Assembly: GCF_044704955.1 (NCBI RefSeq)
Contig: NC_091995.1
Span: 52,824,001 to 52,888,000, forward strand
Source: Pristiophorus japonicus
Taxonomy: Eukaryota
Reading direction: 5' to 3'
DNA: 64,000 nucleotides
Positions 35,315-44,844 of the stretch are shown here, in pieces; positions within the stretch are counted from its first letter, which is position 1; every line of letters starts with the position of its first letter. Under the pieces are notes generated by a model. The model had not been told where the DNA came from. It did not search any database and saw only the letters and a program-made list of their open reading frames with translations. The position numbers were made by a program, and so were the translations under genes.

Positions 35315-38300
35315 TGGGAGGGAGAACAGCCAGTTGTCGTGGTGCACATTGGTACCAACGACATAGGTAAAAAAAGGGATGAGGTCCTACGAAACGAATT
35401 TCAGGAGCTAGGAGCTAAATTAAAAAGTAGGACCTCAAAAGTAGTAATCTCGGGATTGCTACCAGTGCCACGTGATAGTCAGAGTAGGAATCGCAGGATA
35501 GCGCAGATGAATACGTGGCTTGAGCAGTGGTGCAGCAGGGAGGGATTCAAATTCCTGGGGCATTGGGACCGGTTCTGGGGGAGGTGGGACCAGTACAAAC
35601 CGGACGGTCTGCACCTGGGCAGGACCGGAACCAATGTCCTAGGGGGAGTGTTTGCTAGTGCTGTTGGGGAGGATTTAAACTAATATGGCAGGGGGATGGG
35701 AACCAATGCAGGGAGACAGAGGGAAACAAAAAGGAGACAAAAGCAAAAGACAGAAAGGAGATGAGGAAAAGTGGAGGGCAGAGAAACCCAAGGCAAAGAA
35801 CAAAAAGGGCCACTGTACAGCAAAATTCTAAAAGGACAAAGGGTGTTAATAAAACAAGCCTGAAGGCTTTGTGTCTTAATGCAAGGAGTATCCGCAATAA
35901 GGTGGATGAATTAATTGTGCAAATAGATGTTAACAAATATGATGTGATTGGGATTACAGAGACGTGGCTCCAGGATGATCAGGGCTGGGAACTCAACATT
36001 CAGGGGTATTCAACATTCAGGAAGGATAGAATAAAAGGAAAAGGAGGTGGGGTAGCATTGCTGGTTAAAGAGGAGATTAATGCAATAGTTAGGAAAGACA
36101 TTAGCTTGGATGATGTGGAATCGATATGGGTAGAGCTGCAGAACACCAAAGGGCAAAAAACGTTAGTAGGAGTTGTGTACAGACCTCCAAACAGTAATAG
36201 GGATGTTGGGGAGGGCATCAAACAGGAAATTAGGGGTGCATGCAATAAAGGTGTAGCAGTTATAATGGGTGACTTTAATATGCACATAGATTGGGCTCGC
36301 CAAACTGGAAGCAATACGGTGGAGGAGGATTTCCTGGAGTGCATAAGGGATGGTTTTCTAGACCAATATGTTGAGGAACCAACTAGGGGGGAGGCCATCT
36401 TAGACTGGGTGTTGTGTAATGAGAGAGGATTAATTAGCAATCTCATTGTGCGAGGCCCCTTGGGGAAGAGTGACCATAATATGGTGGAATTCTGCATTAG
36501 GATGGAGAATGAAACAGTAATTTCAGAGACCATGGTCCAGAACTTAAAGAAGGGTAACTTTGAAGGTATGAGGCGTGAATTGGCTAGGATAGATTGGCGA
36601 ATGATACTTAGGGGGTTGACTGTGGATGGGCAATGGCAGACATTTAGAGACCGCATGGATGAATTACAACAATTGTACATTCCTGTCTGGCGTAAAAATA
36701 AAAAAGGGAAGGTGGCTCAACCGTGGCTATCTAGGGAAATCAGGGCTAGTATTAAAGCCAAGGAAGTGGCATACAAATTGGCCAGAAATAGCAGCGAACC
36801 TGGGGACTGGGAGAAATTTAGAACTCAGCAGAGGAGGACAAAGGGTTTGATTAGGGCAGGGAAAATGGAGTACGAGAAGAAGCTTGCAGGGAACATTAAG
36901 GCGGATTGCAAAAGTTTCTATAGGTATGTAAAGAGAAAAAGGTTGGTGAAGACAAACGTAGGTCCCCTGCAGTCAGAATCAGGGGAAGTCATAACGGGGA
37001 ACAAAGAAATGGCAGACCAATTGAACAAGTACTTTGGTTCGGTATTCACTAAGGAGGATACAAACAACCTTCCGGATATAAAAGGGGTCAGAGGGTCTAG
37101 TAAGGAGGGGGAACTGAGGGAAATCTTTATTAGTCGGGAAATTGTGTTGGGGAAATTGATGGGATTGAAGGCCGATAAATCCCCAGGGCCTGATGGACTG
37201 CATCCTAGAGTACTTAAGGAGGTGGCCTTGGAAATAGCGGATGCATTGACAGTCATTTTCCAACATTCCATTGACTCTGGATCAGTTCCTATGGAGTGGA
37301 GGGTAGCCAATGTAACCCCACTTTTTAAAAAAGGAGGGAGAGAGAAAACAGGGAATTATAGACCGGTCAGCCTGACCTCAGTAGTGGGTAAAATGATGGA
37401 ATCAATTATTAAGGATGTCATAGCAGTGCATCTGGAAAATGGTGACATGATAGGTCCAAGTCAGCATGGATTTGTGAAAGGGAAATCATGCTTGACAAAT
37501 CTTCTGGAATTTTTTGAGGATGTTTCCAGTAAAGTGGACAAAGGAGAACCAGTTGATGTGGTATATTTGGACTTTCAGAAGGCTTTCGACAAGGTCCCAC
37601 ACAAGAGATTAATGTGCAAAGTTAAAGCACATGGGATTGGGGGTAGTGTGCTGACGTGGATTGAGAACTGGTTGTCAGACAGGAAGCAAAGAGTAGGAGT
37701 AAACGGGTACTTTTCAGAATGGCAGGCAGTGACTAGTGGAGTGCCGCAAGGTTCTGTGCTGGGGCCCCAGCTGTTTACATTGTACATTAATGATTTAGAC
37801 GAGGGGATTAAATGCAGTATCTCCAAATTTGCGGATGATACTAAGTTGGGTGGCAGTGTGAGCTGCGAGGAGGATGCTATTAGGCTGCAGAGTGACTTGG
37901 ATAGGTTAGGTGAGTGGGCAAATGCATGGCAGATGAAGTATAATGTGGATAAATGTGAGGTTATCCACTTTGGTGGTAAAAACAGAGAGACAGACTATTA
38001 TCTGAATGGTGACAGATTAGGAAAAGGGAAGGTGCAACGAGACCTGGGTGTCATGGTACATCAGTCATTGAAGGTTAGCATGCAGGTACAGCAGGCGGTT
38101 AAGAAAGCAAATGGCATGTTGGCCTTCATAGCGAGGGGATTTGAATACAGGGGCAGGGAGGTGTTGCTACAGTTGTACAGGGCCTTGGTGAGGCCACACC
38201 TGGAGTATTGTGTAGAGTTTTGGTCTCCTAACTTGAGGAGGGACATTCTTGCTATTGAGGGAGTGCAGCGAAGGTTCACCAGACTGATTCCCGGGATGGC

Positions 38301-38766
38301 GGGACTGACCTATCAAGAAAGATTGGATCAACTGGGCTTGTATTCACTGGAGTTCAGAAGAATGAGAGGGGACCTCATAGAAACGTTTAAAATTCTGACG
38401 GGTTTAGACAGGTTAGATGCAGAAAGAATGTTCCCAATGTTGGGGAAGTCCAGAACCAGGGGTCACAGTCTGAGGATAAGGGGGAAGCCATTTAGGACCG
38501 AGATGAGGAGAAACTTCTTCACCCAGAGAGTGGTGAACCTGTGGAATTCTCTACCACAGAAAGTAGTTGAGGCCAATTCACTAAATATATTCAAAAGGGA
38601 GTTAGATGAAGTCCTTACTACTCGGGGGATCAAGGGTTATGGCGAGAAAGCAGGAAGGGGGTACTGAAGTTTCATGTTCAGCCATGAACTCATTGAATGG
38701 CGGTGCAGGCTAGAAGGGCTGAATGGCCTGCTCCTGCACCTATTTTCTATGTTTCTATGTTTCTAT
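35315..38766 (+). mobile_element. Young CR1 LINE in class I intron 1 (antisense to the gene): 3' half of ORF1, intact ORF2 and tail
   Basis: ORF1 SGNH-esterase-like part (VHIGTND, DGLH), uninterrupted ORF2, 3' UTR and (TTCTATGT)n tail. Confidence 0.96.
35761..38667 (+). CDS. CR1 ORF2: APE endonuclease + reverse transcriptase (968 aa, intact)
   Basis: EN motifs LNARS, ITETW, GDFN and SDH; RT motifs [10 protein letters not shown] and FADD; no stops. Confidence 0.95.
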   Translation: MRKSGGQRNPRQRTKRATVQQNSKRTKGVNKTSLKALCLNARSIRNKVDELIVQIDVNKYDVIGITETWLQDDQGWELNIQGYSTFRKDRIKGKGGGVALLVKEEINAIVRKDISLDDVESIWVELQNTKGQKTLVGVVYRPPNSNRDVGEGIKQEIRGACNKGVAVIMGDFNMHIDWARQTGSNTVEEDFLECIRDGFLDQYVEEPTRGEAILDWVLCNERGLISNLIVRGPLGKSDHNMVEFCIRMENETVISETMVQNLKKGNFEGMRRELARIDWRMILRGLTVDGQWQTFRDRMDELQQLYIPVWRKNKKGKVAQPWLSREIRASIKAKEVAYKLARNSSEPGDWEKFRTQQRRTKGLIRAGKMEYEKKLAGNIKADCKSFYRYVKRKRLVKTNVGPLQSESGEVITGNKEMADQLNKYFGSVFTKEDTNNLPDIKGVRGSSKEGELREIFISREIVLGKLMGLKADKSPGPDGLHPRVLKEVALEIADALTVIFQHSIDSGSVPMEWRVANVTPLFKKGGREKTGNYRPVSLTSVVGKMMESIIKDVIAVHLENGDMIGPSQHGFVKGKSCLTNLLEFFEDVSSKVDKGEPVDVVYLDFQKAFDKVPHKRLMCKVKAHGIGGSVLTWIENWLSDRKQRVGVNGYFSEWQAVTSGVPQGSVLGPQLFTLYINDLDEGIKCSISKFADDTKLGGSVSCEEDAIRLQSDLDRLGEWANAWQMKYNVDKCEVIHFGGKNRETDYYLNGDRLGKGKVQRDLGVMVHQSLKVSMQVQQAVKKANGMLAFIARGFEYRGREVLLQLYRALVRPHLEYCVEFWSPNLRRDILAIEGVQRRFTRLIPGMAGLTYQERLDQLGLYSLEFRRMRGDLIETFKILTGLDRLDAERMFPMLGKSRTRGHSLRIRGKPFRTEMRRNFFTQRVVNLWNSLPQKVVEANSLNIFKRELDEVLTTRGIKGYGEKAGRGY

Positions 38767-39074
38767 AACACTTTAGTCCAGGAATGGTGAAATTTTACCT
38801 GCTCCCAATCTGTGCGAACATTAAAATGACCCATTTTAACCACTTTCCATTTGCTACAAGCTTCTCTGCTCTCCGTGTTCCTGCATCCTGCTGTCAGGAG
38901 GCGTGTACACAACTCCCACCTCAGACTGACAGCCTGTGCTGGCTTCAGTGGTACAAAATATCAGGCAGTGTGTGTAACAGGCGGCTGATCAAATATCACC
39001 CGTTTCAAACTCTCGCTAAAAGTTCTGAATCACCCCCCAGAGAGTGAGAGTGGAGGGTTGAGTTCTTTACTTAC

Positions 39075-39126
39075 CGGGAGAGACCCAGGGAAAGCACAGG
39101 GATGTGGAGAGAAGGATCAGCAACAT
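39075..39126 (-). CDS. MHC class I heavy chain exon 1 (signal peptide)
   Basis: ATG..MLLILLSTSLCFPWVSP then G|gtaagt (phase 1). It joins exon 2 in frame (G+AC = Asp) and lies directly downstream of the TATA and SXY elements. Confidence 0.82.
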
Positions 39127-39197
39127 TCTGGGAATCCACTGCCCCTATTCCAATCGGTGACTGGGAATAAAACTCTCCGAGTGGGACACATCGACTG

Positions 39198-39401
39198 TTT
39201 ATAGACTGAAAAATACCCCAAATACACAACAGGTCTATTGGGGCCCCACTTTACTGTTTATCTTGAACTTTGATCATTTCCTTGATCTGAAAATGCAGAG
39301 CCAGAGGGTGAATGATTGGTTACTCTGGGAACAATCTCCAATGAAAGCACTTGGCAGTCCCCTGTCACCAGTTACCAGGAAGCTCAAACTGAGACCGGTT
39401 G
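39198..39401 (-). promoter_or_regulatory. MHC class I promoter: S box, X1/X2, Y box, CCAAT boxes, TATA
   Basis: Minus strand: CAACCG (39396-39401), 16 bp, CCTGGTAACTGGTGACA (X1/X2, 39363-39379), ATTGG (39338-39342), CCAAT (39315-39319 and 39237-39241), TATAAA (39198-39203). Confidence 0.78.
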
Positions 39402-39636
39402 AGAGTCAGTCTGTGAAATAGACTGAACAAGCCTCATACACCAGCTCCAGTGTAAAGGGCAGATATACTGGGATCCTGGGCTGCCCCACACAGTCAACAC
39501 ATTGACACTGGGCCCCTCCCACTGGGAACCTGTAAACTGGTTCTGATCCGGACTGTAGTTATACCACAACATGTTACAGCTATACATCATCTTTAATGTA
39601 CTGTAAACCACAAGGGGCATCACAGAGCAACGCATC

Positions 39637-39790
39637 GGGAGTGAGGGGAGGGGTCAAACTACGAGGCAGTGAGTCATTCTAACGGGGAGTGAGGGGAGGG
39701 GGTCAAACTAATGGAGTGAGGAGAGGGGTCAAACTAACGGAGTGAGGGGAGGGGTCAAACTAACGGAGTGAGGGGAGGGGTCAAACTAAC
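39637..39790. repeat. 26-bp G-rich minisatellite, left part
   Basis: GGAGTGAGGGGAGGGGTCAAACTAA(T/C) units. Confidence 0.88.
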
Positions 39791-42700
39791 TATTATGTTT
39801 AAACTGTACCTATGAATGACTCCACGAGGTAATGTGTTGTACTCAAACTGCAGTGACCTTGGTCCTTTATTCGCAAATCCAGAGTGAGGCAGCCGCTTGG
39901 TGGCTGCCCTTTTATACAGCCCCTGCCACCAGGGCAGGACAGGAAAGCCCGGTCTTCACCAGTTGCATCCTCTAGTGATGCCAGCATGTATATACACAGT
40001 GTAAACCTTATAAACAGGTAAACAAATCTCCATCTTATGCAACTATACAATGAGTACACAGAGAGTATATCTATAGTCTGCATATATAACATCACTCTCC
40101 CCCAAGTCCTTTGTGCCAATTACCTTTGCACTATGTGCTCTGGCTTAGTTCTCCCCAGACTTAAGTGCCAATAGCCCCTGCACTTTGGCTGTGCTTTGGC
40201 TTGGCTCTCTCCCTGTTAATCCCCAAGTCCTTTTGCCATAACATTGGGTAGTGGTTACCAGTTTGGATGGTTCAATGATGCAGTGGAGGTTCCAGTGGGT
40301 TTGTTGATTTCTGGATTCTTTTCCCTCAATCTGGTTCAGCAAAATTATTGAAACGAATACCGTTTGTGCTTTAAACAAAGCAAGCTTTTATTTAAAAAGC
40401 AAATCCCGATCGGGGACCTTATCAGACAGAAGGAATGCAACTCTGATAGAACGCACTCACTTCCTACGGACAAAGTGACGTTACATTGTAAAGGGACGAC
40501 GGTTATACATTTTCGGCAAAAGATAACAAGATACAATTAGAGTGACATCCTAGTCCAGCCTATCTCTTTTGATCCCTCTTTCCCTTTGTCCACTCATAAG
40601 CCGACCTAAGTATGGTCTGATTTTAAACAAAGACCTTCTGTTAATGTTTCAGGTTAATAACATGATTTAATAAGACCTTGAGGTTTTTCTGCAAGCTGTG
40701 GGTTTTGTTTCAATATGTGTTAGTGTTGTAACATTTCGCAGTCTCGAGTCTGAGATGTCATGGCTATTCCTCCATGAATTCTTTGTTAGCTTATACTGTC
40801 CCTATACAATTCCCACGTTCTCAACTTCAATGTCTCTATACATTTTTAAACATTCACATGTTCTGGGTGTGATCCATGGCTACATACATCCATTTCCACC
40901 TCCCCCCACCACACCCCCCCCCCCCCGCCCCCATCGAGATCATGCAGCTGGCCCGTTACATAAGCATACAGGATCAGACACAGTGCAAGTACAAAGAAAG
41001 GGAAAAAAAATATATCTTACAGTTTATGTCGTGACACCTTGGTTCAGTGACTTACATTTGTTACGTTTTACGGCCGTGGGCCAGGATTGGGTAGATTCCA
41101 TAATTAGTTCAGTCATGGTCAATACTGAGGTAGCTGTACAGGTATGTGAGGACGCTAGTTCCAGAGTAACCGGGCGGGGTTCTAGTTGTCTGATGGCGGT
41201 GCTGTGCCCCCTGCTAGCGGGTGGGCTTGGTTCACTCACCGTGCCAGGACTCAGGGCCTTTGCCGTTGCCTAGTGGTGGACAGAGCCACAGATGTGTGTG
41301 GCCTCCCTGTCCTCCTTTGAGGGCTGCAGAATCTTCTGCCTGCTTTCTAACGGTGTTGGGAACCTGGCTGTTCCAGGTCCCGTTTGGGGAACTCATTGGT
41401 ACTGACCCTTCGCTCCCAGACATGGCCGAGGTAGCGACTGAGTCTGGGGGCTGTGCCGTCTCCACCCGGGTGGTGGGTAATGGCGGCCGACTGCATATTG
41501 GCGCCGCTTTCGTTTCCAGGTGCGTGGTGAATAGTGCCATCGGGTGCCTGCAGCCTGGGATAGACCTGGGGCAGGGTATCAGGATCAGTGCCTTCACCCT
41601 CCTGAGGTCGCTGGCCTATAACTTGTGGGGACACCTGGGGCAGGGCATCTTTACCCTCCCGAATTCGCTCACTTGCTACTTTTGGGGACACTCTATTCCC
41701 GACATCTCGCAACATTTTGTTCTTTACATTCTTAATCGGTTTGTTACATTGATTGCCAATAATACAATGTCTCTTTAAGTTCAGTTAGTTGCAGGTCTCC
41801 TTTAAGAGAACCCTGCCAAGTCACGCTGCCCCTCGCTGCAGCAGGGACACCACCTTGCCTCCCTCCTCGGGGTGGACTGCCCTGATCCTACTCTCCCGCG
41901 ATTCTGTCACAAAAGCTGGAAGAGTGCCTGTGAATTCGATCTTCCTCCCCAGGATTCCAGCCACTGAAGCCGGGAAGGTACTTTTAGGTCATCCCGGTCG
42001 GATAATTGCCACGCAGTCGTGATGGACGGTCTGTGCCTCAGGTGCTGCACTGGTCTGTTCTCTGGTGCCTGGCCCAAGCGAAGGTGAGGTTTTGCTCTGC
42101 CACTGAGCATGGGGGTCATCGATTGCTGGAGTGAAGAGGTCTTCCCATTTCCACTGGATCTTCCCCATCCACCTTCTTCTGAGTAGCATTGGACCATCAC
42201 CTGCAACAATCCACAGAGGTAACTTGTGCACCACGCTATTATGGATTACACTTACATCCGCACTACCAAGGACTGGGATCAGCTCCTTGGTGTAGGTGCG
42301 CAACTTTTCCTGAACTGGAACCAGCTCAGGTCATTTTTCATTCCATAGCCTCTCAAAGGCACCCTGGCTCATCATTGACTGGCTCGCTCCCGTGTCCACC
42401 TCCATGAAGGCTGAAACGCCGTTTATCTCGACATCCATCTTCACTGGAGGACAATTGGCGGTGCAGGTATACACTTCAGACACTTCTTCTTGGGGCTGAG
42501 CTGCCTCTCTGGCCAAATCATCATACTCCCCGCTGGATTCAAAGTCATCTACCAACCCCTCTGCTAGATGGTGAGTCGTATTTCTTTTACACATACGCTG
42601 GAGGTGGCCCTTCATGTTACAGGCTTTGTATACGTACTCAGCAAACCGACACTGGTGAGCCCTATGATTTCCTCCGCAACGCCAGCATGGTGCTACTCGA

Positions 42701-43672
42701 TTAGCACCCCTCGGCAGACTCTGAGTTCTGGAACCCTGAGGTCTGTGCTCTCTGCCCTGGGCAGTGCCATGTTCTACAGTCTTGCCTGTGAAAGGCACCA
42801 TTCTGTGTACAGTACTTGCCGGGTTTGAGTCCACAGGATGAATGATTTGCTTGGTGCTGCAGGTCGAGGTCATGAACACCTGACTGATGCTGATGGCCTT
42901 CTGCAGGTTGACTGCGTTGTCGGCAGATAATAGCTTGTGAAGGAGGCCCTCGTGGCCAATTCCTATAACAAAGATGTCTCGCAATGCTTCATTGAGGTCC
43001 GTGCCAAAATCACACGGTGCTGCAAGTCTCCTGAGGTCGGCAGCATGTTTTGCAATCTCCTGGCCCTCAGGTCTGCGGTGAGTGTAGAATCTGTGCCTGG
43101 CCGTGAGGATGCTCTCTTTTGATTTAAGTTGGTCACAAATTAGTTCAGTCAGCTCGTCGTATGTCTTATCCGTGGCCTTCGTGGGTGCCAGCAAGTCTCT
43201 GAAGAGGCGGTAGACCTCAGGCCCACAACTGGTCAGCAATATAGCCTTGCGCTTCTCTGCCAATGTGTCCATCTCCCCTGCCAGGTCGTTTGCCACGAAA
43301 TATAGCTCGAGCCTTTCCGTGAAGGCATCCCAATCATCACCCTCTGCGAAGTCTTTTAGTGTGCCAGTTGTTATGTTTGTAATGTACCTATGAATGACTC
43401 CACGAGGCAATGTGTTGTACTCAAACTGCAGTGACCTTGGTCCTTTATTCCCAACTCAAGAGTGAGGCAGCCGCTTGCTGGCTCCCCTTTTATACAGCCC
43501 CTGCCACCAGGGCAGGAAACCCTTGTATCGACCAGTTGCACCCTCTAGTGGTGCCAACATGTATATACGCAGTGTAAACCTTATTGACAATACATCAGGT
43601 AAACAAGTCTCCATCTTATGCAACTATACAGTGACTACACAGAGAGTATATCTATAGTCTGCATATATAACA
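39791..43672 (-). mobile_element. Gypsy-type LTR element with gag + protease but no recognisable RT/integrase
   Basis: LTRs 43369-43672 and 39791-40091, TSD CTAAC, PPT GGGGGAGAGTGA. Gag ORF 42331-43410 has CWRCGGNHRAHQC / CKACNMKGHLQRMC and protease VDTGAS. Confidence 0.9.
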
Positions 43673-44590
43673 CTAACAGAGTGAGGGGAGGGGGTCAAAC
43701 AAATGGGGAAGGAGGTAAGGGGTTAAACTAACAGTGAGGGGAGGGAGGATGTCAAACTAACAGAGTGAGGGGAGGGGTTAAACTAACGGAGTGAAGGGAG
43801 AGGTCAAACTAACAGAAAGTGAGGCGAGGGGTCAAACTAATGGAGTGAGGGGAGAAGGTCAAACTAATGGAGTGAGGCAAGGGGTCAAACTAATGGAGTG
43901 AGGGGAGGGGTCAAACTAATGGAGTGAGGGGAGGGGTCAAACTAATGGAGTGAGGGGAGGGGTCAAACTAACGGAGTGAGGGGAGGGGTCAAACTAATGG
44001 AGTGATGCGAGGGGTCAAACTAATGGAGTGAGGGGAGGGGTCAAACTAATGGAGTGAGGGGAGGGGTCAAACTAATGGAGTGAGGGGAGGGGTCAAACTA
44101 ATGGAGTGAGGGGAGGGGTCAAACTAATGGAGTGAGGGGAGGGGTCAAACTAATGGAGTGAGGGGAGGGGTCAAACTAACGGAATGAGAGGACGGGTCAA
44201 ACTAACGGAGTGAGGGGAGGGGTCAAACTAACGGAGTGAGGGGAGGGGTCAAACTAATGGAGTGAGGGGAGGAGTCAAAACGGAGTGAGGGGAGGAGTCA
44301 AAATGGAGTGAGGGGAGGGGTCAAACTAGGAGTGAGGGGAGGGGTCAAACTAACAGGGAGTGATGGGAGGGGTCAAAACGGAGTGAGGGAGGGGTCAAAC
44401 TAACGGGGAGTGAGGGGAGGGGGTCAAACTAACCGAGTGAGGGGAGGGGTCAAACTAATGGAATGAGGGGAGGGTTCAAATTAACAGAGTGAGGGAGGGG
44501 TCAAATGAACGGAATGAGGGGAGGGTTCAAACTAACGGAGTGAGGGGAGGGTTCAAATTAACAGGAGGAGAATGAAGGGAGGGGTTGAGT
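43673..44590. repeat. 26-bp G-rich minisatellite, right part (about 35 units)
   Basis: Same unit as 39637-39790; the array is split by the LTR insertion. Confidence 0.92.
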
Positions 44591-44844
44591 GTCTCCCCTG
44601 TGTCCCGGTGATGTGAACTGGACTCCGTGCCAGTCAGAATGCTGGGTTCATAATTGATGTCTAGAAGTGAACGATGCTTTCGTTTGACCCATGAATGCCC
44701 TTAATTCTACCAGTTCACATTGAATTTGACCTGAACCGCTGCCAATTACAAGACCCACAAACCTCTGAGTGAATTAATTAAACCTTTCTTGCCCAATCGT
44801 CAAAGGAGAATTCAGACAAGTCAACAATTACCAGCGATTTGTAG

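Noticed and set aside
36000-38279. Antisense ORFs within CR1 copies (here and at 56449 and 57820)
   Set aside because: These are shadow ORFs of CR1 ORF2 with no independent domain signal.
39384-39398. ISRE between the S and X boxes (GGTCTCAGTTTG on -)
   Set aside because: It has two mismatches in the core GAAA repeats, which is too weak to call.
40349-40829. Possible solo LTR nested in the gag-only element (TG...CA ends, minus-strand AATAAA)
   Set aside because: There is no convincing TSD and no second copy in the window to support it.
42331-43410. Domesticated gag gene
   Set aside because: It is still flanked by LTRs and a TSD. The ORF start comes from LTR sequence after an apparent deletion of the PBS-to-gag leader, and the protease region is frameshifted.
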